Under the pieces are notes generated by a model, which saw only the letters and a program-made list of their open reading frames with translations, was not told the DNA's origin and searched no databases. A DNA stretch of 64,000 bases, from positions 136,058-200,057 of the IMG/VR virus record IMGVR_UViG_3300031999_000001. The stretch is one strand, 5' to 3'. Positions 51,586 to 61,027 of the stretch are shown here, in pieces (position 1 is the first letter of the stretch; each line of letters opens with the position of its first letter). The stretch is from a virus (Duplodnaviria > Heunggongvirae > Uroviricota > Caudoviricetes). Position numbers and translations under genes: made by a program.

Positions 51586-51789
51586 ATGAAAGGTGGAACT
51601 GGAATCAAGAGCAGAAGAGATCGTGCTAAAAAAATGCTTGAAGCACAACTTCAAAGAGGCACTAAACCTGAAAAAATTAATGGTAAAACAACAGCTAATA
51701 TAATACCATTGACAGAATTTGACAGGAAACGTATCAATAAAGAAATTGACATATTAAATAATCCCAAAAAGAAAACATCAACAACATAA
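51586..51789 (+). CDS. Small basic hypothetical protein
   Basis: 67 aa ORF. Confidence 0.55.
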   Translation: MKGGTGIKSRRDRAKKMLEAQLQRGTKPEKINGKTTANIIPLTEFDRKRINKEIDILNNPKKKTSTT

Positions 51790-51961
51790 TGGAAAAAATA
51801 ATTACAATAAGAAATTTATTTGTGTGTTATAAAAACATTGATAATTATTTACCACAAGAAATTCTGGATTTAGTATGTGGTAACAGATTTTATGATAAAA
51901 AATACATGAAAATCAAGGAATTTTTCAAAAATTATATAATTCAGAAAATGATTATAACAAC

Positions 51962-52624
51962 ATGAAACTAATTAAACCATATTATAAAATTTTAACATCA
52001 ATTAACGGTGAAGAAATATTAAAAACAATTGAAATGGTAGCAAGAACTTGTTATAAATCTGAAGACAAAATAACTGAAGATTCTGCAAAAAAAATAGTTC
52101 AATCTCTTATATCAAAAGGTCATGAAGCAATGATTGAATTTTTTGATATAACAGTTAAATTTGTTTGTGATAGGGGGGTTTCACACGAGATTGTAAGACA
52201 TAGAATTGCAAGTTATGCACAGGAAAGTACACGCTACAATAATTACTCGAAAGATAAATTTGACAATCAACTTACCTTTATTATACCTTGTTGGATTAAG
52301 GATATTGAAGAAGGAGAATATAAATCTATGGAAAGTTATTTAATAATGAAAGGAGCAGATCAATGGTTTCAATCAATGTTTTCTGCTGAAGCAACATATA
52401 ACTATTTAATAGAAAATGGATGGCAGCCACAACAAGCACGTTCAGTACTTCCAAATTCTCTAAAAACCGAAATTAATGTAAAAATGAATTTAAGAGAATG
52501 GAAACATTTTTTTAAATTAAGAACGTCATCAGCAGCACATCCTCAAATGAGAGAAATTGCAATACCATTATTAGATGAATTCAAAAATAAAATACCAATT
52601 ATTTTTGATGATATTAATTGTTAA
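51962..52624 (+). CDS. thyX: Flavin-dependent thymidylate synthase
   Basis: ARTCYKS, GHEAMIE, SHEIVRHRIASYAQESTRY, ARSVLPN, AHPQMRE. Confidence 0.95.
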   Translation: MKLIKPYYKILTSINGEEILKTIEMVARTCYKSEDKITEDSAKKIVQSLISKGHEAMIEFFDITVKFVCDRGVSHEIVRHRIASYAQESTRYNNYSKDKFDNQLTFIIPCWIKDIEEGEYKSMESYLIMKGADQWFQSMFSAEATYNYLIENGWQPQQARSVLPNSLKTEINVKMNLREWKHFFKLRTSSAAHPQMREIAIPLLDEFKNKIPIIFDDINC

Positions 52625-52632
52625 TTAATTGA

Positions 52633-52869
52633 ATGGTAATATTATATATATTGATAATATTATTAATTGTAATAATTCTGTTTCTTGCTCTGACATTATA
52701 TTATTTTACAAAAAAAAGTATATATATTTCAGATAAAGAAAAAGAATTTATTGTATTTGTTATTGATATATTTGTACAATATGGTGATGAATTAGGAATT
52801 CAATCAAAAGACCAACATGAAAAAATTGTTAAAGAGCTTGAAAAAATAAAAAAGAAACATTTTAGTTAA
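52633..52869 (+). CDS. Small membrane-anchored protein
   Basis: N-terminal hydrophobic helix. Confidence 0.6.
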   Translation: MVILYILIILLIVIILFLALTLYYFTKKSIYISDKEKEFIVFVIDIFVQYGDELGIQSKDQHEKIVKELEKIKKKHFS

Positions 52870-52907
52870 TAAAATGTTTTATAATTAAACATACGAATTC
52901 CAACAAT

Positions 52908-52930
52908 AAAAGGGGGTTTAACCCCCTTTT
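52908..52930. terminator. Bidirectional intrinsic terminator
   Basis: aaaagggggt-tta-accccctttt, perfect 10-bp stem between convergent genes. Confidence 0.8.
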
Positions 52931-52970
52931 ATATTGTGGATAAACATAAATTTATTTATTGCCCAAAATC

Positions 52971-53111
52971 TTAGAATACTAAGTTTTGTACCGCTAAATT
53001 ACGTACTAATATTGCTGCAAGAGCTGCTGTGATTGCTGCACCATTTGCATATCCAGTTTCGTTAATACCTGTTCTAAGCCAGAGTTTATAAGTTTTCTTT
53101 GTTAACAACAT
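52971..53111 (-). CDS. 46-aa late protein (missed by ORF track)
   Basis: MLLTKKTYKLWLRTGINETGYANGAAITAALAAILVRNLAVQNLVF; own GTATTTAT (53148-55) and terminator. Confidence 0.6.
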   Translation of the reverse strand: MLLTKKTYKLWLRTGINETGYANGAAITAALAAILVRNLAVQNLVF

Positions 53112-53195
53112 GGTTTCTTTTTTTTATGTAATTAATGTTATTTTAATATAAATACTAAGAATAATAAGAATGTTCTTAATTAAAATAATTTTTAT

Positions 53196-53747
53196 TTAAT
53201 TTCCTTTTGTTTCGTTTAAAAATGGAACAACATCCTCTTTTACTGGCACACCAGTTACTCGTTTCCAATATGATTTAAATCCACCAATCGTTTTATTTGT
53301 AGTATCTGTTACATTATTAGCACTTTCAACTTCATAATATCTGTTTTTTTGACCACTAATATTATATTCAATAACATCACCACGGTCAATTTCTATTTGT
53401 TTTTCTTCCAGTTCTTTAAGATAAACACCAAATATAATATTTCCACTATCATCACGTGCAATACCACCCTGATATCCACCATAATTTTCCTGTTTACCAT
53501 CTTCAACTGTAATCATTACACTAATTCTAATTGGTAACATGTATTTTTTGTCTTTTGTTTTTGCCTGACCATATAAATTATGTGATTTTGTTTCAATTAA
53601 ATTGATTTTATGCAAAATAATTTCTTGAGCATTATCTGTTTGTAAAAAATTTCTACCGTACATCACATCTAATTCAAAAGAATTTTCTGTCATAAATAAA
53701 CCCATTCTGTTATTTTCAAGGTCAATTATTTGTTTTTTCTTTTTCAT
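53196..53747 (-). CDS. Head completion/neck protein (gp14-like)
   Basis: NLYGQA..K.Y..P, FGVY..ELEE....I.RGD, YYEV; follows the neck gene. Confidence 0.55.
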   Translation of the reverse strand: MKKKKQIIDLENNRMGLFMTENSFELDVMYGRNFLQTDNAQEIILHKINLIETKSHNLYGQAKTKDKKYMLPIRISVMITVEDGKQENYGGYQGGIARDDSGNIIFGVYLKELEEKQIEIDRGDVIEYNISGQKNRYYEVESANNVTDTTNKTIGGFKSYWKRVTGVPVKEDVVPFLNETKGN

Positions 53748-54595
53748 TAATCAATTATTTTAAAGCCATCTGGTTCAAGTAAATTTACATCATTGGTAAA
53801 TATTTGATATTGTTTGTCAATTACCCAATCTGGAACATTTGATCTATCAATACCATTTTCAATATCTTTTTTTATTCTTTCTTTTGCAATTTCAGGACTA
53901 ACACTAAATATTTTAGCAAAACCTTCAAATGGCATATCAACATGAACTTTCATATAATCCATAAGCGATTTTCTATTTTTTGATTTAATATTTGTAGCAT
54001 CAAAAATCACATCTTTACCAATATTTAGTACATCTGCAGTTTTTTTCATTGCCAATGCAAATACTTCATTATTTTTTGTTTGATCTGATATGTTTCCTGT
54101 TAATTCTTTTCTTATTTTATCTGGCGAAACAATAATAGTATTTGAATTTTGCATTGATTTAATCCACATAGATTTACCACTTCCTGAAATACCAACTGGA
54201 ATAATTAATTTTGGTTTTTTTGTTTTTATTTCTTCTGCTATTTCAGTACCAATTTCATGTCCATTATCATCAAATTTATTTGGAAATTTTATTTTCCAAT
54301 CAAAAAGTTTTTGCACGCCTTTATTATTTACAACCCCAATTTTTTCATCAATATTAATGTTTTTTCTAATTAATTTTTTCGCATCTTCTAATGTGAATTT
54401 TATAACACTTGGGTCACCATATTTTACACGATAATCGCATGTGTTGATACCATGTTGGTCTATTGATGTTACAAAACATTTACCATATCCACGTGATATT
54501 CGAAATATTGCCCATGTATTATCAATTGAATTTGAAAATTCTGGATTAAGTCTTTCCATCATTTCAAAAAGTCGTTGTTTGTTGTCTTTTTTCAT
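53747..54595 (-). CDS. Leader-tagged P-loop kinase (AAA_33 / polynucleotide-kinase-like C-terminal domain)
   Basis: MKKDNKQRLFEMMERLN leader; GISGSGKS Walker A, SPD.IR, VIFDATN, R..VP..VI. Confidence 0.8.
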   Translation of the reverse strand: MKKDNKQRLFEMMERLNPEFSNSIDNTWAIFRISRGYGKCFVTSIDQHGINTCDYRVKYGDPSVIKFTLEDAKKLIRKNINIDEKIGVVNNKGVQKLFDWKIKFPNKFDDNGHEIGTEIAEEIKTKKPKLIIPVGISGSGKSMWIKSMQNSNTIIVSPDKIRKELTGNISDQTKNNEVFALAMKKTADVLNIGKDVIFDATNIKSKNRKSLMDYMKVHVDMPFEGFAKIFSVSPEIAKERIKKDIENGIDRSNVPDWVIDKQYQIFTNDVNLLEPDGFKIID

Positions 54596-54596
54596 A

Positions 54597-55715
54597 TTAA
54601 ATTGCTATTATTGGGAACATTGGTGGTTGATAACCACGTTCTTTATTAACATTTTCAGCAATTTTAGCACGTTCTTCAGTAAAAGTAACCTGACTTAATT
54701 TATCTAATTGTTCTAATAATAATTTTTCAGTATCTTCTTTCAATTTAGTGCCTTCTTCAAGCAAATGACGATAATCCATTGTTAATTGTTTTTCAGTAAC
54801 ACCAAGTTCACCACTATAGAAACCTCTAATACCACCAATTACAATTTTTACTTGTGCAATAAGTAAATTACGAATTTGCTGATGTGCAACATCATTTATT
54901 TTGCTCCATTCTAATACTTTTGCTGGTGGGTCTGATGGTAATTTAATAACATCTGAATTTTCTTCTAAACATTTATCTCTACCTGTTTGATTAGTATCAT
55001 AATACCAATACCAAACTTTTCTACCAGCATAATGTTTACCCCACACACCTTGAATTTCATCACGAGAACCGGGTATTGGATACAAATGTAATAATTTTTC
55101 ACCACTTGCCAAACCAGTAACACGATATGTTAATATTGATTGTAATACTCTTTGTTTCATTCTTCTATCCTGTGCAGATAATAGTGTTGAAAATGTTGGT
55201 TGTACATACATTGCGGGACGACCAAGATATGCCCATCCAACCATACCGGGTGACCATGCATTCAATGCAAAGGGGTCAACCAAACCACCATCAATTTGTG
55301 GTGGTGTTTCCCACAATACTTCATTTATTTCACGACCCGCAGGAATTAAGTAATGTTGTGTACTTGCCTGAGTTACAATAAAATCACGTTTAAGTTCCCA
55401 TCCAGTAGCAGCAGGTGCATTTGTTCCCAATCCTACTTGTCTTGAATATGCATATGTATAGGATTCCATATAAGTGTTTGATTTTGTAGTAAACGCCGAT
55501 AAGAAATCGCTATTTTCTTTACTTAAACCTTCTAACCCAATCCATTGCTGATGAATAAACCAATTATTTACTATTGATGAATAATCCTCAACAACCATTT
55601 CAAGATATGAATCCATCATTTCATCCTTTATTTCAAAAGGTCTTAATGGAAATCCCAATACATGTTTAACATGAAGGAATAATTTATTTTTATCAACTGT
55701 TGTTATTAGTGCCAT
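54597..55715 (-). CDS. Neck/head-tail adaptor protein (gp13-like)
   Basis: LGFPLRPFE, LHLYPIP, IR....A..K...G.IRG..SG, MDY..L..EG. Confidence 0.65.
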   Translation of the reverse strand: MALITTVDKNKLFLHVKHVLGFPLRPFEIKDEMMDSYLEMVVEDYSSIVNNWFIHQQWIGLEGLSKENSDFLSAFTTKSNTYMESYTYAYSRQVGLGTNAPAATGWELKRDFIVTQASTQHYLIPAGREINEVLWETPPQIDGGLVDPFALNAWSPGMVGWAYLGRPAMYVQPTFSTLLSAQDRRMKQRVLQSILTYRVTGLASGEKLLHLYPIPGSRDEIQGVWGKHYAGRKVWYWYYDTNQTGRDKCLEENSDVIKLPSDPPAKVLEWSKINDVAHQQIRNLLIAQVKIVIGGIRGFYSGELGVTEKQLTMDYRHLLEEGTKLKEDTEKLLLEQLDKLSQVTFTEERAKIAENVNKERGYQPPMFPIIAI

Positions 55716-55720
55716 ATATA

Positions 55721-56425
55721 TTAACTTCTACTTTGTGCTTTTTCACCAAAATAAACATATTTAAATTCAACGGGTTTTAGTAAATGATTACCTGCTGCAA
55801 GTTCATACACTCTACTAACAAACAATTTTCTTGTTGGAAATGGTGATGAATCTGTTCTTTGAGGTGGAAAAAATGGTTTAATTTCTTCAAAATCTGTTAC
55901 AATTCTATAATTAGGAGGGTTTTTTAATCCTTCAATACCAGCATTTATATCATAAATAGCATATGTTGATTTACCAAAACCTTGTGGTAAAATTGTGAAA
56001 TAATCACCATCAGGACCCGATTCAACATATTTCATATCAGGATGTTTCACTAATGAAGTTTGTCTGTTTAGGTCTGGTGTCCAATTCGGGTCGAATTTTT
56101 TCATTTTGTTTGAATATAATTCACCAAAACTAAATGAATACCAACTACTTTTAAATATGATAGCATGGTCAAATATTTCACTATACATTGGATTTTTTAT
56201 TGCGTTTTTGCCTCTTCCCTCTAAATTTTTATTAATTTTTACGGGTGCACAATAATAAACAAATGCTACACTTCCTAATTTAGGATTTATTGCAAGAAAA
56301 TCAAAAAAATCTTCAACTGTCGTTATTTGTTTGGCTTCACTGATATAATTTTCAATGAGCCTATACTCATTATCAATAATTGACATCACTTCCTGAAGTC
56401 TTTGTTTGTTAATCTCTGTTTTCAT
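55721..56425 (-). CDS. Hypothetical protein with NKQRLQEVM..LIE leader
   Basis: MKTEINKQRLQEVMSIIDNEYRLIENYISE; late promoter at 56442-49. Confidence 0.7.
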   Translation of the reverse strand: MKTEINKQRLQEVMSIIDNEYRLIENYISEAKQITTVEDFFDFLAINPKLGSVAFVYYCAPVKINKNLEGRGKNAIKNPMYSEIFDHAIIFKSSWYSFSFGELYSNKMKKFDPNWTPDLNRQTSLVKHPDMKYVESGPDGDYFTILPQGFGKSTYAIYDINAGIEGLKNPPNYRIVTDFEEIKPFFPPQRTDSSPFPTRKLFVSRVYELAAGNHLLKPVEFKYVYFGEKAQSRS

Positions 56426-56494
56426 GATGTAATGTTTTCTAATAAATACTAAAAAGTTTTTTTAAAAATATGTTTCAATCTGAAAAAATTGTTA

Positions 56495-56502
56495 TATATT
56501 TG
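56495..56502 (+). promoter_or_regulatory. Bacteroidota-type -7 element
   Basis: TATATTTG upstream of the helicase operon; -33 imperfect. Confidence 0.45.
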
Positions 56503-56527
56503 TGATTGTCAATATAAAATATGGTTT

Positions 56528-56989
56528 ATGAATAAAATTGAATATGAAATTAAATTAAATGAATCTGGAAGACCCTGTATTGAATTATCAAAAGATTATG
56601 AAGATAAACCAGAAGATAAATTTTTTTCAATTGAATTGGCAAGATATGTATTACAACAAGTATATGCTCGAAGAAGTGCAGAATTTGACCAAGAAGCCTC
56701 TAAATCAATTGAGAATGGTATTGCATTACTTGGACAAATTGGTGATGAAATTGCGAATCTTTTATGGGAAAATATGAAAAATGTGGGCGATATGTCTTTT
56801 CATATTAATAAAAATTATCATATTATAGTAAATACCATAGAAGAAAGAGATAATTTAAATCCTGAAGGCATTCTTCAAGGTAATAGACTTTATTTACGAC
56901 AAGAAGGTTTAAAAGTTTTTGTTACCTCTGAAAATAAAATATATGAATTAAAAAATGGAATTACTAATGAAAATTGGAAGGAGATATAA
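56528..56989 (+). CDS. Hypothetical protein
   Basis: Likely start MNKIEYEIKLN. Confidence 0.6.
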   Translation: MNKIEYEIKLNESGRPCIELSKDYEDKPEDKFFSIELARYVLQQVYARRSAEFDQEASKSIENGIALLGQIGDEIANLLWENMKNVGDMSFHINKNYHIIVNTIEERDNLNPEGILQGNRLYLRQEGLKVFVTSENKIYELKNGITNENWKEI

Positions 56990-57225
56990 TTATGATACAC
57001 AAAATTGAACTCAATATTAATTTAGATGTTATAGGACTTTCCCTTGAAAAATTGCTTCAAATAACAGATAATCTTGTTAGTTGTGATGGTAAAATAAGTT
57101 TTGATGAACTGAATAAGATATTTATTATATCAGATAGACCTTATCATGTATCATCAATTGATTTTCCAAAACTTGATAGTGATGATTTTTCAATAAAAAC
57201 AACTAAAATTGAAATTGTAGGATAA
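56974..57225 (+). CDS. Hypothetical protein
   Basis: 83 aa ORF coupled to the helicase. Confidence 0.5.
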   Translation: MEGDIIMIHKIELNINLDVIGLSLEKLLQITDNLVSCDGKISFDELNKIFIISDRPYHVSSIDFPKLDSDDFSIKTTKIEIVG

Positions 57226-58712
57226 TGAATCACAAACCAACAAGCGAACAGGAAAGAATTTTTTTATTTGTGAAGAAAAGACCCGAAAATATTCTTATTA
57301 AAGCATACGCCGGGACAGGAAAAACAAGTACAATTGTTGAAGCTGTTAAATTATTACCAAAAGACAAAAATATTATGTTTTTGGCATTTAATAAACATAT
57401 TCAAGAAGAATTAAAAATTAAATTACCAGAATATGTTCGATGCTATACAACATATGGTCTTGGTACTGCTGCAATTAAAAGAAAATATGGTGATAAAATT
57501 GAGTTTGATGAATTTAAAGCAGATAAAATTATATTGAAAAAATCCAAATCTTGGAATTTACATGAAGAATTAAAAAACGATGAAGAAATTGATTTTTATT
57601 TAAATTCAATAAAAAAATTAGTAAATTTATGTAGATTAACATTAACATTAAAGCCAGAATATATACCATATGTTGCAGAAAAATATGATGTAAATACCAA
57701 TAAACCAAAGGATATTAAAAGGGTACTTAAAGTATTAGATGAAATGACTACAGATAGAAAAACATTTGATTATACCGATATGGTTTACTTACCTGCAGTT
57801 GATAATGGTATCTGGATGTTTCCACAAGATTATGTGTTTGTCGATGAAGTGCAGGATACTAATAGATGTCAAATTAAAATAATTGAAAAAATATTAAAAA
57901 GAGATAAAATTAGTGGAAAAATTACAGGTAGATTAATTACAGTAGGGGATTTTTTTCAGGGAGTTTATGGTTTCAACGGAGCTGATGATAAGTCTTTCGA
58001 ATGGTTTGAAAAATTTCCGAAAACAAAAATACTACCCCTTTCAGTATCATTCAGATGTTCAAAAAATGTTATAAAAAAAGCACAGGAAATTGTGCCAGAC
58101 ATAAAAGCACTTGATGATGCACCTGATGGTATTGTGAGAGATGGTGATGTTCTTACAGAAGCACAAAGCGGTGATTTTATTCTTTGCAGAACAACAATGC
58201 CATTAGTAAAATTATTTTTTGAATTTCTTACACAAGGAAAAAAAGCAATTATTAAGGGAAGTGATATTGGTATACATCTAATTGAATTAATTGGTAAAAT
58301 AAATAATATACCAAAACTTATATCGTTTTGGGAATCCGAATTAGCAACCTTTAGAAAAGATTTAAAATTAGATGGTGTTTTAAATCCACATGAACACAGT
58401 GGATATGTTACACTTGAAGATAAAGTAATGACATTATTATTTTTAGCTAAACTTTCAGACAGTATTCCTGATTTAAAAAATAAAATTAAAACAATTTTTA
58501 CCGATGAAATTCAAGGTATTTGTTTAAGTACAGTACATAAAATTAAAGGATTAGAAGCAAATCGTGTATTTATCATACGACCAGATTTATTACCAATGAA
58601 AAATGTAAAAAATTGGCAATATATTCAGGAGAAGAATTTGGAATATGTTGCTATCACAAGAAGTCGTTTAGAATTAATATATGATCGCAATTGGACTAAT
58701 GAAGAAGAATAA
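57225..58712 (+). CDS. SF1 UvrD/Rep-like DNA helicase
   Basis: AYAGTGKT, LAFN, VDEVQD, VGD.FQ.VYGF.GA, SFRC, STVHKIKGLEA, YVAITR. Confidence 0.9.
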   Translation: MNHKPTSEQERIFLFVKKRPENILIKAYAGTGKTSTIVEAVKLLPKDKNIMFLAFNKHIQEELKIKLPEYVRCYTTYGLGTAAIKRKYGDKIEFDEFKADKIILKKSKSWNLHEELKNDEEIDFYLNSIKKLVNLCRLTLTLKPEYIPYVAEKYDVNTNKPKDIKRVLKVLDEMTTDRKTFDYTDMVYLPAVDNGIWMFPQDYVFVDEVQDTNRCQIKIIEKILKRDKISGKITGRLITVGDFFQGVYGFNGADDKSFEWFEKFPKTKILPLSVSFRCSKNVIKKAQEIVPDIKALDDAPDGIVRDGDVLTEAQSGDFILCRTTMPLVKLFFEFLTQGKKAIIKGSDIGIHLIELIGKINNIPKLISFWESELATFRKDLKLDGVLNPHEHSGYVTLEDKVMTLLFLAKLSDSIPDLKNKIKTIFTDEIQGICLSTVHKIKGLEANRVFIIRPDLLPMKNVKNWQYIQEKNLEYVAITRSRLELIYDRNWTNEEE

Positions 58713-58731
58713 TAATTAATATAAGTAAAAT

Positions 58732-58965
58732 ATGAAAAAAATAATAAAAAAACATGAAAAAACAATAGAAGAACTCGAACAAGAATTAGATAAATTGAAA
58801 GAATCAAATAGAGCATCTTGGGAGAGATATGGTAGTGAACTTTGTGCTGGCGAAATGATTGCCAAAGAAGAAGCGTTGGAAAATCAGATATTAAAACTAA
58901 AAATTAAAGAAGATTTTGAAAAAAATAAATTTGTTGAAAACCCATCACAAATTATCGATAATTAA
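58732..58965 (+). CDS. Hypothetical coiled-coil protein
   Basis: 77 aa; W..YGSELCAG. Confidence 0.55.
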   Translation: MKKIIKKHEKTIEELEQELDKLKESNRASWERYGSELCAGEMIAKEEALENQILKLKIKEDFEKNKFVENPSQIIDN

Positions 58966-58977
58966 TAAATTATATAT

Positions 58978-59262
58978 ATGGAATGGATAGTTAAAATTGA
59001 AAATCAACCAAATCAGAGAATTTTGGTTAAATTCGACCCAAAAAATGAAGTATTATTATTCATTGGACAATATAAACCACATAATAAAGAATGGGTAAAT
59101 TTTAGTGAAGAATCACATTCAATGAAAATTGATTTGGAAACAATTCAGGATTCGCTTTATAAGACATATAAAAAAATGAAAGAAAGACTTGATACATATG
59201 AAAATATTGCAGAAGGTTTTTCGGTAATTAAATTAATTGAAATAAAGGAAGAATTGTATTAA
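58978..59262 (+). CDS. Hypothetical protein
   Basis: 94 aa ORF. Confidence 0.55.
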   Translation: MEWIVKIENQPNQRILVKFDPKNEVLLFIGQYKPHNKEWVNFSEESHSMKIDLETIQDSLYKTYKKMKERLDTYENIAEGFSVIKLIEIKEELY

Positions 59263-60986
59263 ATTTCTTCAAAAATAAAATATTCTACATACCAAGGTTT
59301 ACCAGTTTTTATTTCAATTTGTTTTCTTTTAAATTTACTTTCTAAAATAATATCGGGATAAGTATTCTGAATGTGTATTGTCAATATACCTGATTTATTA
59401 ACATAATCCGAAAAACGTTTATTCGTTTTTTTACAAATTGCAAAATATTTAATTGATTTATTAAAAAAAGAAAGATTTTTATTTGAATTATTTTTTATTA
59501 TTTTATTTAATGTCGAATAATTTATGGAATATTTATTAGATAATTCACGTATTGATATATGATTTTTATTAAAGTCAATAACCATTTTATTAATTTCTTC
59601 TGCATCAAAATTATTAATTGTTATTATGTTTTTCTTTATGTGTTTAGGGATTGTATTTGAAATATAATCAGTCTCATAGCACCAAATTATATTTGTTAAT
59701 TGTTTATTGCGACCAGAACACATTCTTAATATTGATTGCATTGATAAATTATCACGATTCATTCTACCAGCGTTTGCTAATGATTCATATCTCTCCAAAA
59801 TTATTTTTTTGTCATTATCTACTTTAATAACAGGTTTACTGATTTTTAATATTCTTTTTTTAATCCACAAATCATTTTGTTTAACATTTTTTCTAATGTT
59901 TGATAATTTTATTATTGTTTCAGAATTGGCTATTGAGTTTTTACCCCCAAATTCAATATTATATCCCAAGTTTCTATTAGTAGTATTATGTTCAAAAATA
60001 TATCTAATTTCCTTATAATTTAATTCATCTATTGTTTGTGCAGTATCGATAATAGTAAATTCAAAATTATCAAATCCATATTTATCAAATGCTTTTAAAA
60101 TATATGGATTACAACATTTGGCTCTATTTTTATATTCATTATATCTATCGTTTAAACTTCTTGTGGTTTGTCCAACATATTTTTTATTATTAATTTTATT
60201 ATCTATTAAATAAATTACTCCAACAATTTCATTATTTTTTTTAGGATATTGTAATATTAAATGACCAATACTTTTTAAAAACATTTTATTTTCATTTTTA
60301 TTTCCAATAAAATAAAAGTATCTTCTTTTTCTATATTGCTGTAAAAATATTGCATTTGGATATTTTTGTAATATAACATCTCTTTTTATTGTTCCGAATT
60401 CTTTTCTAATTGAACGTGAGTGTTTTAGTTTGCCATTAATAAAAACAGAAAATCTTTTAGTTTCTTTACCATTTTTTCCATAATTACCACTCATTAAACC
60501 AACATAATACCAATTTAATGATTGATATATTATTCCAATTTCACCTGCTGCGGGGTCTACAGTTGCAGTAATTATTTTATAATTAGTATTTTTTTTCAAC
60601 CAATCAATTGTTTTGCCAATAAAATAAGAAGCAGTATTTTTTGGTGTCCACCATAAACAAACACCTCTACTTAACAATATTATTTTATTTGTAAATCCAA
60701 ATTTATCCCATGTAGTTGCTTTATTTGCTGAATATTCTTCAGAATAAATAACAACACCACCCAAATAATCATTACCTTCAATACTAAAATATATTCCAAA
60801 ATAAAATTTATTAAATAGTGGCATTGATTTAAGCCATTCATATTTTAATATTATTTCTTTTGCAATATTTGAATCAATTAATTTTATTGTCGTGTTTTTT
60901 AATAATATATTATTTTTATTAAAAGGAATTGTATTTCTTTCAAGAATTTCTTGTTCTTTTCTTATTTTATATTGATATGCTTCCAC
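59259..60986 (-). CDS. Fusion: Mom-like (GNAT-fold) DNA-modification domain + GIY-YIG endonuclease + HTH/NUMOD-like tail
   Basis: IILKYEWL, LSRGVCLWWTPKNTASYFI, TATVDPAAGEIGIIYQSLNWYYVG, KRRYFYF; then GVIYLI.N.INNKKYVGQT..R, E..YI, GYN. Likely GTG start at 60986. Confidence 0.75.
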   Translation of the reverse strand: MEAYQYKIRKEQEILERNTIPFNKNNILLKNTTIKLIDSNIAKEIILKYEWLKSMPLFNKFYFGIYFSIEGNDYLGGVVIYSEEYSANKATTWDKFGFTNKIILLSRGVCLWWTPKNTASYFIGKTIDWLKKNTNYKIITATVDPAAGEIGIIYQSLNWYYVGLMSGNYGKNGKETKRFSVFINGKLKHSRSIRKEFGTIKRDVILQKYPNAIFLQQYRKRRYFYFIGNKNENKMFLKSIGHLILQYPKKNNEIVGVIYLIDNKINNKKYVGQTTRSLNDRYNEYKNRAKCCNPYILKAFDKYGFDNFEFTIIDTAQTIDELNYKEIRYIFEHNTTNRNLGYNIEFGGKNSIANSETIIKLSNIRKNVKQNDLWIKKRILKISKPVIKVDNDKKIILERYESLANAGRMNRDNLSMQSILRMCSGRNKQLTNIIWCYETDYISNTIPKHIKKNIITINNFDAEEINKMVIDFNKNHISIRELSNKYSINYSTLNKIIKNNSNKNLSFFNKSIKYFAICKKTNKRFSDYVNKSGILTIHIQNTYPDIILESKFKRKQIEIKTGKPWYVEYFIFEEI

Positions 60987-61027
60987 AATTATAAATGTTT
61001 TGATTTTACGCCAAAATGTAAAGATAA

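Noticed and set aside
3571-56449. Canonical T4 TATAAATA late promoters
   Set aside because: ATAAATAC is consistently on the strand opposite the adjacent downstream gene; the functional orientation appears to be GTATTTAT
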